A DNA stretch of 64,000 nt from a virus, in the IMG/VR virus record IMGVR_UViG_3300009159_000064, positions 5,253 through 69,252 of that record; one strand, written 5' to 3'. Both the position numbers and the translations under genes were made by a program. The notes under the pieces are model-generated. The model made no database searches and had not been told where the DNA came from. It saw nothing but the letters and a program-made list of their open reading frames with translations. Of the stretch, positions 8,785 through 17,028 are shown piece by piece. Positions within the stretch are counted from its first letter, which is position 1; every line of letters starts with the position of its first letter.

Positions 8785-9351
8785 TTAAGGTAAAGGGTTT
8801 TCCATCTTGGGAGCACCAAACAAACTATTGCGGAGTTCATCAAAGATCGTGGTGATTGCTTTCATGCTGTGATCCACTTGCAAAGTTGAATATGTGTAAT
8901 CCAACGATGCTTTTTCTTGTGATGATTTTTTAAGAGCCTCATGAACTATTTGAGTGATGAGATTACGCAAGTCAGAACCATTTTCAATGAGTTTCTTGGT
9001 AATCAATTCATCAATAGGTTCAACAAGTCGTTCAAGAAACTCACCTTCATCTACTGCATCTTTGATCTTGTCAGCCCAGTCAATGTCATCTGTTACATCA
9101 GTGATCTTGTCAGCGATGTCTAACTCATCAAGTGCTTCATCAATCATTGTGTTGATTTCTGATTTCTTTACGAAATCTTCAATGTCTTGTTCTCGCACGA
9201 CATCTTCCATGTCTTTGCTGTTTACAAGTTCTACTTTATCAACATAATTATCAATGATTGCTTCAACCTTCTCCGTAAAGAATGGTGTATTGAACAGTTT
9301 CGTAATTGAAACTGAAAACGCATCTGCAAACTCTTCTGCTAAATTAGTCAT
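8785..9351 (-). CDS. Acidic helical hypothetical protein
   Basis: 188 aa, D/E-rich quasi-repeats, AAGGAGG RBS. Confidence 0.8.
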   Translation of the reverse strand: MTNLAEEFADAFSVSITKLFNTPFFTEKVEAIIDNYVDKVELVNSKDMEDVVREQDIEDFVKKSEINTMIDEALDELDIADKITDVTDDIDWADKIKDAVDEGEFLERLVEPIDELITKKLIENGSDLRNLITQIVHEALKKSSQEKASLDYTYSTLQVDHSMKAITTIFDELRNSLFGAPKMENPLP

Positions 9352-9386
9352 TATTCCTCCTTGTTGGTTTTTGTTACTGGATTGTA

Positions 9387-9428
9387 AATGTAATGGTCAG
9401 ATTGTTTGAAAGCAACCTGACCATTACA
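9387..9428 (-). promoter_or_regulatory. Early promoter embedded in a 12-bp inverted repeat
   Basis: GG-TTGCTT-N17-TACATT; arms TGTAATGGTCAG (9389-9400) / CTGACCATTACA (9417-9428). Confidence 0.7.
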
Positions 9429-9434
9429 ACAGTT

Positions 9435-10130
9435 TTAGACAGTCAATCTTCTTGCTTGAAGAACTCCAAGTGATACACCAGCCTCAAGATATTGCATCAA
9501 GTTGGTGTTCCAGTATTCGTAGGCTTTTTCCCATTGCTCGTCAGTGAGTCCCTCATTAGATGGTGGTTGAGGATCATGACCAGCGAAATCTACTACTACA
9601 TTATTTCTGAATACTTCCCAGCCTGCGTACATATTTGACTCTTCGGTGTACCACATAGCAAATGTTAATTGTGGAAACATTCCTGAGATTAATTTAATTA
9701 GATTGCTTGCTGGTGACCATGCACTGGTGAACTCAAACCTAAGACCGTTGTACTCAGGGCAAAGTGTTCCGAACTCTTTTGGATTTGTACTTGTCTCAAG
9801 ATCATCCAGCAAGTCAATACTGCACGCTCCCCACTTTGTACCATAAACTTCGCAAGCCCAGTCGTACCAGTTTTTGTGACCGTACTTTTCAAGATTTGCA
9901 TTTTCTTGTTGTTGCAGTTTTTCTTGTGCTTCTTTATCGCCATTCCATCCTGCCATTGTGTTTCTTAATTCATCAGGACATTTGACAAGACTGTTGAAGT
10001 CAAAGAATAAATTAGGTTTAACTTCTCCATCAATGATCTCTTCTTCATAACCAGTTGTTTCTTTGATGAAACGATTAAGTTCTGAGTTGTCACCTGATAT
10101 TTCTAAGTGTTGATAGCACCAATTCGGCAT
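9435..10130 (-). CDS. DUF1281/YubB (Api92-like) ferredoxin-fold protein
   Basis: MPNWC, FDFNSLV, NWYDW...YGTKW, FTSAWSP motifs. Confidence 0.85.
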   Translation of the reverse strand: MPNWCYQHLEISGDNSELNRFIKETTGYEEEIIDGEVKPNLFFDFNSLVKCPDELRNTMAGWNGDKEAQEKLQQQENANLEKYGHKNWYDWACEVYGTKWGACSIDLLDDLETSTNPKEFGTLCPEYNGLRFEFTSAWSPASNLIKLISGMFPQLTFAMWYTEESNMYAGWEVFRNNVVVDFAGHDPQPPSNEGLTDEQWEKAYEYWNTNLMQYLEAGVSLGVLQARRLTV

Positions 10131-10162
10131 TTCGTTTTCTCCTTTGTTGTTGTGGATGTATT

Positions 10163-10205
10163 AATGTAATGATCGGATTGGCACATAAACAACCCGACCA
10201 TTACA
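10163..10205 (-). promoter_or_regulatory. Early promoter embedded in an inverted repeat
   Basis: GG-TTGTTT-N18-TACATT; arms TGTAATGATCGG / CCGACCATTACA. Confidence 0.65.
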
Positions 10206-10209
10206 AAAC

Positions 10210-10431
10210 TTACGGTAGAAACCTCATATTCTCTAATTCTGTTGTGCTCAAATACTTCACAGCAGTATTGGTTAGTTCTTCGGCATCCCAAACAACATCC
10301 CAGCCAGCGTCTTGAACATCAACGATCTTACTTAAATCAAGATGAGAATCGTAAGCATCTTCTATTGTCTCTGCTTCAACAACAACACCTACATCTATCA
10401 TCTTTGATATGCGCACTATAAATTGAGCCAT
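10210..10431 (-). CDS. Small acidic protein (DpnD/PcfM-like)
   Basis: VVVEAETIEDA motif. Confidence 0.55.
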   Translation of the reverse strand: MAQFIVRISKMIDVGVVVEAETIEDAYDSHLDLSKIVDVQDAGWDVVWDAEELTNTAVKYLSTTELENMRFLP

Positions 10432-10444
10432 AAATTACTTTTCG

Positions 10445-10801
10445 TTAATAATTGTTATAGGGATTTTGTCTATCCCAGTAGTCTCGCATTTTCTGACTCT
10501 TCTGCACAGATTTGACAGTACGCAAATCAGTGGTTAAGGACATTACAGAAGATTTTAGTTTTTCTACTTCTTCTTCTAGTAATTGAATTGGATTGTTGTT
10601 AAGAGTTACACCTTCCAAAGTCAGTTTTCTAATTTCATAAGTGAGTTCTGGAAACTGAACTAACTGTTCACATAAAAGCATTACTTCATGATCTTGAACA
10701 GTGGCTGTTAAGAGTCCATCAATGACGCTGTTTATATCCTTCTTCAAGTTTCGCAACAACTGCACAAGTTGTGTTCGTTGTTCTATTGAGTATTCGTTCA
10801 T
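10445..10801 (-). CDS. Hypothetical coiled-coil protein
   Basis: ATGA overlap with upstream gene; start MNEYS. Confidence 0.65.
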   Translation of the reverse strand: MNEYSIEQRTQLVQLLRNLKKDINSVIDGLLTATVQDHEVMLLCEQLVQFPELTYEIRKLTLEGVTLNNNPIQLLEEEVEKLKSSVMSLTTDLRTVKSVQKSQKMRDYWDRQNPYNNY

Positions 10802-11235
10802 GATATTTTTATCCCCATGATGTCGTTTGCGTAGTTGCGGATGCCCGAAAGTAGTTCTTCCCTGTAAACATTCCACAAGTAATCTGATGACAATATGTAT
10901 TGCCCCAACTGGTTTAGTCGGTCGTCTGTTAATTCTTTTGCGAACCTGTATTCTGCGTCTTCGTAACCGCTATCTAAACGATTGGTGATTTCTTCACGCA
11001 ACGCTTTCACACTGAATGCGATTGAGTTTGCGTAAGTGAGGTCGTTATTTACAAACTTCTCCAGTGGTGTTCCATACTTTTCAGCAAGTTCTGTAGACAC
11101 GCTGTCTGCTCCACTTTCAATCCATGCAGATAGCAATGCAAATCCTTCGCTGTCTAGATTGTCTATGTCTACGATTGAACTGTCTTCTACGGAACAAACT
11201 GTTCCATCAGTTCTGTTGATTACCATTTTGTACAT
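10798..11235 (-). CDS. Hypothetical protein
   Basis: Start MYKMV, TAATG coupling, AAGGAG RBS. Confidence 0.75.
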   Translation of the reverse strand: MYKMVINRTDGTVCSVEDSSIVDIDNLDSEGFALLSAWIESGADSVSTELAEKYGTPLEKFVNNDLTYANSIAFSVKALREEITNRLDSGYEDAEYRFAKELTDDRLNQLGQYILSSDYLWNVYREELLSGIRNYANDIMGIKIS

Positions 11236-11564
11236 TACAATGACTCCTTTTTTAATTTTGCTATAAGCACATCTAACTGATCTTCGGAACATAAAGATGA
11301 TAAAACACCAACAAGATATTCAACGGCATTATCGCCCCAGCCTGCTCGGACTAATCGTGATATTTCGTTATATCTGTTCAGCATGACTTCGTTATCGGGT
11401 TCTTCTTGATTGTGTTCTTCTTCCCATTCGCAATATGAGCAAGTGCCATCTTCGTTGTTCCAGTTGGCGCAAACACATTCGTGATGAGGATTGATTGTTT
11501 GATTGTCATATTTAAGATCGGCATATTCTTGTTCTGACATATCTTCGGGTGCTCTACTTCTCAT
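11235..11564 (-). CDS. Acidic Cys-containing hypothetical protein
   Basis: CVC...CSYCE; tight operon packing. Confidence 0.7.
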   Translation of the reverse strand: MRSRAPEDMSEQEYADLKYDNQTINPHHECVCANWNNEDGTCSYCEWEEEHNQEEPDNEVMLNRYNEISRLVRAGWGDNAVEYLVGVLSSLCSEDQLDVLIAKLKKESL

Positions 11565-11775
11565 AAATCACCCCTTGAGATAATGCAGACAAGCGACTAA
11601 CTGCGTCAAAGCCTGCTGTGAATATAACTTCGTTCCAGTCTTGTTCAGCCTTCTCAATCGTGTACTCTTCTGTTTCGTCAAGTAACGACTTAAGCAATGA
11701 ATCAAACCAGTCTCTTTGATACTTTACTGCTACCGCTAATTCACGGCATTCCTTCTTCCACTCTTTCTTTGTCAT
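11554..11775 (-). CDS. Hypothetical protein
   Basis: TAGAAGGAGG RBS downstream of a promoter. Confidence 0.75.
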   Translation of the reverse strand: MTKKEWKKECRELAVAVKYQRDWFDSLLKSLLDETEEYTIEKAEQDWNEVIFTAGFDAVSRLSALSQGVIYEK

Positions 11776-11800
11776 AATTACCTCCTTCTAAGGTATAAAC

Positions 11801-11832
11801 AAGTTACCTACTTCAATCTGAAATAAACAACC
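11801..11832 (-). promoter_or_regulatory. Early promoter
   Basis: GG-TTGTTT-N18-TAACTT. Confidence 0.5.
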
Positions 11833-12084
11833 TCAACTGCTAATAAAGTTTTCTATTGCTACATCTGAAAGATTTGATCCTACAACTTGACGAACATACC
11901 GATCATTAAGATTGTCATAAATTATTGAGTGAACTTCTTCTAATTCTTCTAAAGCCATTGGCAGTGAATGTAAAACTCCACGCTCTTCTGCTTCTCCACT
12001 GGTGATACCCTCCATGATGATGTCTCGGTAGCAGTTCAATGCAACCTCAATTATTTCCATGTGCTTATATGTGATTGGGGACAT
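11833..12084 (-). CDS. Small acidic hypothetical protein
   Basis: 83-aa ORF in gene-dense strand. Confidence 0.65.
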   Translation of the reverse strand: MSPITYKHMEIIEVALNCYRDIIMEGITSGEAEERGVLHSLPMALEELEEVHSIIYDNLNDRYVRQVVGSNLSDVAIENFISS

Positions 12085-12122
12085 TACAACTCTTTTCTGT
12101 GATTTGGGATTTTTAGTGTACT

Positions 12123-12213
12123 GGCGAGTAGTCCCATCTCCACTCCGTCATGCTTTGACAGGACTACTCACCTATTTGATGCTCACAACAAAGGAGGTTG
12201 AATGAGCACCAAA
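12123..12213 (-). ncRNA. Candidate structured RNA with anti-SD loop
   Basis: Two hairpins whose G-U pairs fit the minus strand; the 5' hairpin contains ACCUCCUUU. Confidence 0.45.
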
Positions 12214-12234
12214 ATCTTTTAGTATTTGTTGTTT

Positions 12235-12465
12235 TTACGCCCAAGAATCCACTCTGCTTTGTAACCAAGCGATACAAGTGTTAAACCAACAAATTACTTC
12301 TTCGCAATAATTCTCATCAAGTTCACTCATTGGGGTTGATTCTCTTAAAAAATCTATAAGTCCTAACAGATCTCTTTTGGTTATCGGAGCATTACCGTTT
12401 TCATCAAACATATGAACAGATGAATTAATAAATTGAATATGAGTTTCATTATTCATTGTTTTCAT
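12235..12465 (-). CDS. Hypothetical protein
   Basis: Operon-packed ORF; start may be 12456. Confidence 0.65.
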   Translation of the reverse strand: MKTMNNETHIQFINSSVHMFDENGNAPITKRDLLGLIDFLRESTPMSELDENYCEEVICWFNTCIAWLQSRVDSWA

Positions 12466-12631
12466 TCTCCGTGTCTGCGATCATGCCGTAGTTGTGGCAT
12501 GAAAAATCTTTTATGCTGGGTGAAACAGCAAGAAGATTCTGTAACTGATGCCAAGCATTATCTTCTGCCTGCTCCTCGTTTACTCCTTCACCATTTATTG
12601 ATATTGAAAAATTGAACATGTATGTTTTCAT
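12449..12631 (-). CDS. Small acidic hypothetical protein
   Basis: 60-aa ORF, IEGE-type EEQAED motif resembling neighbouring DpnD-like genes. Confidence 0.6.
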   Translation of the reverse strand: MKTYMFNFSISINGEGVNEEQAEDNAWHQLQNLLAVSPSIKDFSCHNYGMIADTENENNE

Positions 12632-12636
12632 CGTTT

Positions 12637-12834
12637 TTAGTTCTCTTTCTCACCAACAGTTGTGAGGACATTACAACAGTCTGCGCAAGTAAATCCGTCA
12701 GGATAACCAGTGTTGTAGGCTGGCTCAATAATCATTGCATCTTTATTTGCGTAACCACAACTCATGCAAACCAAACGCTCATCATCAATGACATATCCAA
12801 TAGTTCGCTGATCACTCATCGTCTTGCTCCTCAT
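12637..12834 (-). CDS. Small zinc-finger protein
   Basis: CMSC...GYPDGFTCADC. Confidence 0.7.
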   Translation of the reverse strand: MRSKTMSDQRTIGYVIDDERLVCMSCGYANKDAMIIEPAYNTGYPDGFTCADCCNVLTTVGEKEN

Positions 12835-13009
12835 TTTCTGCGATCCAGTCGTTCAACAAATAGAAGAGAACATCGTTGCCCATTTCCACAACTCTGTTCT
12901 CTAAGTATCCTGAAAGTTCGCCCATAACAAAGTCGCACTTATCTTCCGACCAGTCAGGGTGAAACGCTTGAATGTCTGCGCCTACCCATTTCACTGTGGC
13001 TTCGTTCAT
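12812..13009 (-). CDS. Small acidic hypothetical protein
   Basis: ATGA overlap, GGAGG RBS. Confidence 0.7.
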   Translation of the reverse strand: MNEATVKWVGADIQAFHPDWSEDKCDFVMGELSGYLENRVVEMGNDVLFYLLNDWIAENEEQDDE

Positions 13010-13203
13010 TGCGTTACCTCCTCAATTCCCAAGATGGTGAAATTGCTGTCTTCATCATGCTCAGTGATTCTTTCATTTGCTTCGTAGCCATTGTCTGCCC
13101 AAATCTGTTGGGCTTCGTCAGGGCTTTGCGCTTCAACATAGTAAGCAGTGTAAGTTTGTTCGCTTACCATAATTTTGTATTTTTTAGTTGTCGTATCCAT
13201 CAT
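13006..13203 (-). CDS. DpnD/PcfM-like small acidic protein
   Basis: YYVEAQSPDEA; TAGAAGGAG RBS. Confidence 0.6.
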   Translation of the reverse strand: MMDTTTKKYKIMVSEQTYTAYYVEAQSPDEAQQIWADNGYEANERITEHDEDSNFTILGIEEVTQ

Positions 13204-13433
13204 TCTCCTTCTAACGGTTGTATGTTTTGCTTCGTACACCAGTGATCGTAACAGTCATCGCACAAATAAACATCTTCTTCGTAAATGCGCTCAGAATCTC
13301 TTTCAATGAGATAAACATTGCCATGTTGATCTGTGTCTTCAGTGATTACTTTGTCGCTTTCTATTGGTGCAAGATTCCAGTCTTCAAGCATTTCAACATC
13401 ACATCCAGTACAGATTTGCGTTGTTGCTAGCAT
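13200..13433 (-). CDS. Small acidic zinc-finger protein
   Basis: CTGC...LCDDCY. Confidence 0.7.
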   Translation of the reverse strand: MLATTQICTGCDVEMLEDWNLAPIESDKVITEDTDQHGNVYLIERDSERIYEEDVYLCDDCYDHWCTKQNIQPLEGE

Positions 13434-13693
13434 TACTTCCTCTTTTGTTTTGCTGGTGCTTTTAATGGTGATTTGAGTCTTGCAAGTTCTCGCTCTAATC
13501 CTGAGCCTTCGCAGTTGTCAAGCAGACTGTAAAGACCACTAACCCACTTCGCAACACTTACTGGTACAGGTGTTGTATTTAAGTAAGTTGCATAGTCGTT
13601 GATTACGCTCTCTACTTCTCTTGACAGCCCTGATCCTTCAACATTTTTTGTAATGTCAAGAACCTCAGTGATAAAAGTTTTGTAATCTTTCAT
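13433..13693 (-). CDS. Hypothetical protein
   Basis: Internal repeat NxEGSGLxRE x2; TAATG coupling. Confidence 0.7.
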   Translation of the reverse strand: MKDYKTFITEVLDITKNVEGSGLSREVESVINDYATYLNTTPVPVSVAKWVSGLYSLLDNCEGSGLERELARLKSPLKAPAKQKRK

Positions 13694-14010
13694 TATTGTT
13701 TCTCCTTTTGTTTTCGTTTTCTTTTGCCTTTGAAATTGTATTCATCTATCTCAACCCAATTAGATGTGTCAGTTTCTATGTACCCAGCACTGTTCATGTA
13801 TTGTGGGTGAGCAACTGCACTAATTGTGTTGGGTTCTCCACAAGTGTGGATATTTATGTCCCAGTCTTTTGAGTAAGAATAAAATAGGTCTTGTCCTTCC
13901 GTGACCCAACCATTGTCTACCAATGCCGATACATATCCTTTTACCCATACTCGTATCAACTCTAGTTCATGTTTTTCTAATACTGGAGTAATCATTTGAT
14001 TGCGAACCAC
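13693..14010 (-). CDS. Hypothetical protein
   Basis: Operon-packed ORF. Confidence 0.7.
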   Translation of the reverse strand: MVRNQMITPVLEKHELELIRVWVKGYVSALVDNGWVTEGQDLFYSYSKDWDINIHTCGEPNTISAVAHPQYMNSAGYIETDTSNWVEIDEYNFKGKRKRKQKEKQ

Positions 14011-14333
14011 CAGTCATCCTCCTTTTGCTTGTTGTCATCTGCACTTACTTGTATTTCGTATTCTAAGGATTTGTCATATTGCTCTTCTGTAACAAAGTAA
14101 CCAATCCTGTTTACAAGATGGTATCCGTTAATTATGTAAGTTCCACCATCACCATCAACATATGTCCAAATGTGATCGGTGTAGTGAGAGCGAACAAAAT
14201 CTAACTCTTCTCCATAAGTTTCAAACATAATTCCATTAAATGAAGCGTTGTCATCAAATGTGTTTTTTATTGGTTTGAACTTTTCTTCCCATAAGTCCAT
14301 AGTCAGACCTACCATTGGTTTACTGAGTGTCAT
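13992..14333 (-). CDS. Hypothetical phage protein
   Basis: FETYGEE...IWT...GYHLVNRIGY; TAGAAGGG RBS. Confidence 0.8.
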   Translation of the reverse strand: MTLSKPMVGLTMDLWEEKFKPIKNTFDDNASFNGIMFETYGEELDFVRSHYTDHIWTYVDGDGGTYIINGYHLVNRIGYFVTEEQYDKSLEYEIQVSADDNKQKEDDWWFAIK

Positions 14334-14359
14334 TGCATTCTCCCTTCTAGAGAATTAAT

Positions 14360-14390
14360 ACATTACAGAACTATTTAGTGAATTGCAACC
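14360..14390 (-). promoter_or_regulatory. Early promoter
   Basis: GG-TTGCAA-N17-TAATGT. Confidence 0.65.
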
Positions 14391-14396
14391 TGTTTA

Positions 14397-14624
14397 TTAT
14401 ATGTAGTCACAATCAACTGCGTAAAGATGGACAATCTTTCCATACTCTGTTTTCATCGCATAATACTTTCCGTATCTGTCCTTAAAACCTAACTCATCAA
14501 CGCAGTTAAGAAACTCCATGTTTTCTACATCTTTTGAAGAATAGAAATCTTCCGTGTTGTTTGCTGGAATAGATACTCCTTGCGCTATCAAATCTTGTCG
14601 CATTCTCACAACCAACATCAGCAA
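14397..14624 (-). CDS. Hypothetical protein
   Basis: GGAGG RBS; overlaps WhiB stop. Confidence 0.65.
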   Translation of the reverse strand: MLMLVVRMRQDLIAQGVSIPANNTEDFYSSKDVENMEFLNCVDELGFKDRYGKYYAMKTEYGKIVHLYAVDCDYI

Positions 14625-14908
14625 CCTCCATTCTGTTCTGCAAACTTTTCTCTTCTTCGTAAGTTGCGTCTAGTCTTATTAGTCGTGTTGCCCCAAATAC
14701 CTATGCAATGATTGTCAATGGCATATTGCAAACACGCTTTTTGAACAGAACAGTTATTGCAATAAGCAAATGCTGATTTAGCACTTTCTCCTCTGCCGAT
14801 AATAAATATGTCTTTAGGAGCATCTTTACAGTTTGCAAACTTACGCCATGATTGACCATATTTTTCGGTGACAGTAAATGCTGGTAACTCGGTTTTTCTT
14901 TTTGTCAT
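14618..14908 (-). CDS. whiB: WhiB-family transcription factor
   Basis: W...ANC...CNNC.V...CL.YA...GIWG: four Cys plus G(I/V)WG turn; start MTKRK after GAGGAGG. Confidence 0.85.
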   Translation of the reverse strand: MTKRKTELPAFTVTEKYGQSWRKFANCKDAPKDIFIIGRGESAKSAFAYCNNCSVQKACLQYAIDNHCIGIWGNTTNKTRRNLRRREKFAEQNGGC

Positions 14909-14915
14909 AATTGTG

Positions 14916-15254
14916 TTACACCTCCTCTTCAAAGAAACTCTCTGCTTCAAAGAAACCAAAGCAAGCACCATCATCATCACTAGCACCAAAGTAAAAACCT
15001 TCGGGTGCTATTCCGTTAAGGACGGTAAACAATGTGTCTACCAGTTCGTTACTCCCCGCTAAATCTTCTGCTTCTGTTCCCATGCTGTCAATGACATCGT
15101 TCCATTCGTTGTACACCTTTGCAAGCAGTTGCTTGTTGTTCTCATCAAGAACTGACATAAACTTTCGTGCCAAATCTGAGTTCTTGAGTGTGCCTTCTGA
15201 TACGACAACATTCTTCCAGTCATCGCTCAGATCATTAATTTGTTCCAGTGTCAT
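14916..15254 (-). CDS. Acidic hypothetical protein
   Basis: SEGTL...APEGFYFGASDDDGACFGF; GGAGG RBS. Confidence 0.8.
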   Translation of the reverse strand: MTLEQINDLSDDWKNVVVSEGTLKNSDLARKFMSVLDENNKQLLAKVYNEWNDVIDSMGTEAEDLAGSNELVDTLFTVLNGIAPEGFYFGASDDDGACFGFFEAESFFEEEV

Positions 15255-15781
15255 GTCAATGCCTCCACAAGTTTTTCTAAATCAGAACCCATCCACTCTT
15301 TTAATTTATCTATGTCATCTGTTTTTGCTAAGAGTGTTATCGCTGTGCTAAATACATTGCTCGTTGGCTCAATCAAAAAAGCAACTGCATATGGCATGTG
15401 CTGATTTAACGAACAAACTTCTTCCATCCATTCGTTGAATGTTTGTTTCCGTTTTGCAATAGCATCATCCCAACCACCTGTAGTCCAACCATCGGTTACG
15501 GTATCCCAACCTTTTATTTTTGTTTCAAAATATCCACGCCAATCGCTGGTGCTGATCCAGTCCCTAGTAATTTCAAGGTTGGATGGTATGTCATCACCAT
15601 ATTCAGTTATCCGAATGTGGTTGCCAATGTAGTATTTTCTTAACTCGTTATTTTCCACAACAAGTAAAGTTGATGGATGCTCCATGTCTGCTGACTCGCA
15701 AGACTCGCATAACGGAGCATCTTGAGTATGACTCCAAGTCATCTCATCATGTTCCTCATTGCACTCTACGCACTTTTCCAT
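15251..15781 (-). CDS. Zinc-finger-containing hypothetical protein
   Basis: CVEC...CESC at N-terminus; TAGAAGGAGG RBS. Confidence 0.8.
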   Translation of the reverse strand: MEKCVECNEEHDEMTWSHTQDAPLCESCESADMEHPSTLLVVENNELRKYYIGNHIRITEYGDDIPSNLEITRDWISTSDWRGYFETKIKGWDTVTDGWTTGGWDDAIAKRKQTFNEWMEEVCSLNQHMPYAVAFLIEPTSNVFSTAITLLAKTDDIDKLKEWMGSDLEKLVEALT

Positions 15782-15810
15782 TAGTGACCTCCTTCTAAGG
15801 TTGGATTAAG

Positions 15811-15841
15811 AGACTACAGGTCGTTATCGCTTTTAACAACC
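15811..15841 (-). promoter_or_regulatory. Early promoter
   Basis: GG-TTGTTA-N17-TAGTCT. Confidence 0.55.
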
Positions 15842-15985
15842 TTCTTCTTACCTATTAGTAATGGTTGATAGGTATTGTTTGAATTAGGGCAAATATGTAA
15901 TGGTGGTTCAGTAATTGTTGTATATGTGGTTATGGCTTCCGAGCAGTTCGGGCAATGCCAGTGTTCAGTTTTAGTCATATATTGG

Positions 15986-16528
15986 TTATGGCTTTAAAGC
16001 AGTCCACGGCAACCAGCCTGCGACATCATAAAGTAACTTACCAGCCTTAAGGTTAGTCAGTGGGTCAAGCAATGGTTCTTGAGTACATATATCCATTTGT
16101 TTACAGACTAGCCCAGCATATTCTTTATGATCTTGTTTCCAGTGAACCCCATTGATCTGTAATAGACCACTATCTGATCTGTGACTCCATTCGCTTACGC
16201 CTGTGATGTTGCAGTCTTTGTCTACCTTGTCCCCACCTACCCTGTTTGGGCAACAACCTGATTCTCGTAGTGCGATCTGTTTAAGTTTTCCGATCTGCTC
16301 TACCTGCCAGCCTGCTTGCAGTGCCAGTTTTGGTAGCCATGAGCAATCTCCCCATTTATAAGTGACAGCAGGCATTACAGGATTTTCGTTTAATGTTGAG
16401 TAACTGATTATGTTATTTACTTGTTTAGGCATTACAGAACTATCCTCTTCGGTTAACGCAGGGCTAACACCAAAAGATAGAAGTAGGTTGAAGATGGATA
16501 AAACAATAACTAACGGTAATTTGTGCAC
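15986..16528 (-). CDS. Secreted SLT-like lytic transglycosylase
   Basis: N-terminal signal-like segment; IALRESG catalytic Glu, DSGLLQIN, NLKAGKLLY, GWLPW. Confidence 0.8.
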   Translation of the reverse strand: MHKLPLVIVLSIFNLLLSFGVSPALTEEDSSVMPKQVNNIISYSTLNENPVMPAVTYKWGDCSWLPKLALQAGWQVEQIGKLKQIALRESGCCPNRVGGDKVDKDCNITGVSEWSHRSDSGLLQINGVHWKQDHKEYAGLVCKQMDICTQEPLLDPLTNLKAGKLLYDVAGWLPWTALKP

Positions 16529-16551
16529 TAAGCATCCTTTGTCCAGTTAAT

Positions 16552-16580
16552 AAAAAAGACCCTACAAAACACATAGGGTC
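16552..16580 (-). terminator. Intrinsic terminator
   Basis: IR GACCCTA / TAGGGTC then T6 on minus strand. Confidence 0.6.
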
Positions 16581-16602
16581 AAAGCCTGTTAAGGGCGTGT
16601 AT

Positions 16603-17028
16603 CTAGTTTACCTCATTAGACTTACCAAACATCGTTTTGTGCACATTTTCTATATCTGTAAAAGGCTTACCAGCACTGGGATACAGAGATTTATTTATTA
16701 TTTTTTCAAAGTTTTTCGTGTGAGCGACAGAACATTCTTCACAAGAGCATCCTTGTCTAAAGCGTTGTGATGATCCGTGTCGTGCAAGATGCTTGTCAGT
16801 TTTATTAAAATATGATGAGCGTTCCGTTGGAGTTAAGCCACCCCACATACCATGAACTTCTTTTTCACCAAGTTTTAAACATTCTTTCCAAACAGGACAA
16901 CTGTTGCAAACTGTTACAGCAACATCATAAAATAATCGTTGCTCTGAATATCCTTCTATCGGAGGAAACCATAAACTTCCATGCAGTTTCCTACACGCTG
17001 ATTTATCAAACCAATTAGGTGTTTCCAT
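16603..17028 (-). CDS. whiB: WhiB-family protein with C-terminal Zn-binding extension
   Basis: W...AC...CNSCPV..EC...GMWGGLT..ER followed by HG...GCSCEEC. Confidence 0.85.
   Translation of the reverse strand: METPNWFDKSACRKLHGSLWFPPIEGYSEQRLFYDVAVTVCNSCPVWKECLKLGEKEVHGMWGGLTPTERSSYFNKTDKHLARHGSSQRFRQGCSCEECSVAHTKNFEKIINKSLYPSAGKPFTDIENVHKTMFGKSNEVN

Larger units (their letters stand above)
6494..12677. repeat. Dispersed 12-bp motif GGACATTACAAC (candidate regulator-binding sites)
   Basis: Exact copies at 6494, 7498, 8767, 12079, 12666; variants at 9419, 10196, 10538. Confidence 0.8.

Noticed and set aside
12190-12222. + strand minigene AAAGGAGG-ttga-ATG (MSTKIF)
   Set aside because: Short SD spacing, no + promoter seen, and hairpin G-U pairs favour the minus strand; treated as the complement of the anti-SD RNA
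6494-12677. GGACATTACAAC repeats as a CRISPR-like array
   Set aside because: Copies are only 12 bp and hundreds to thousands of bases apart, with whole genes between them
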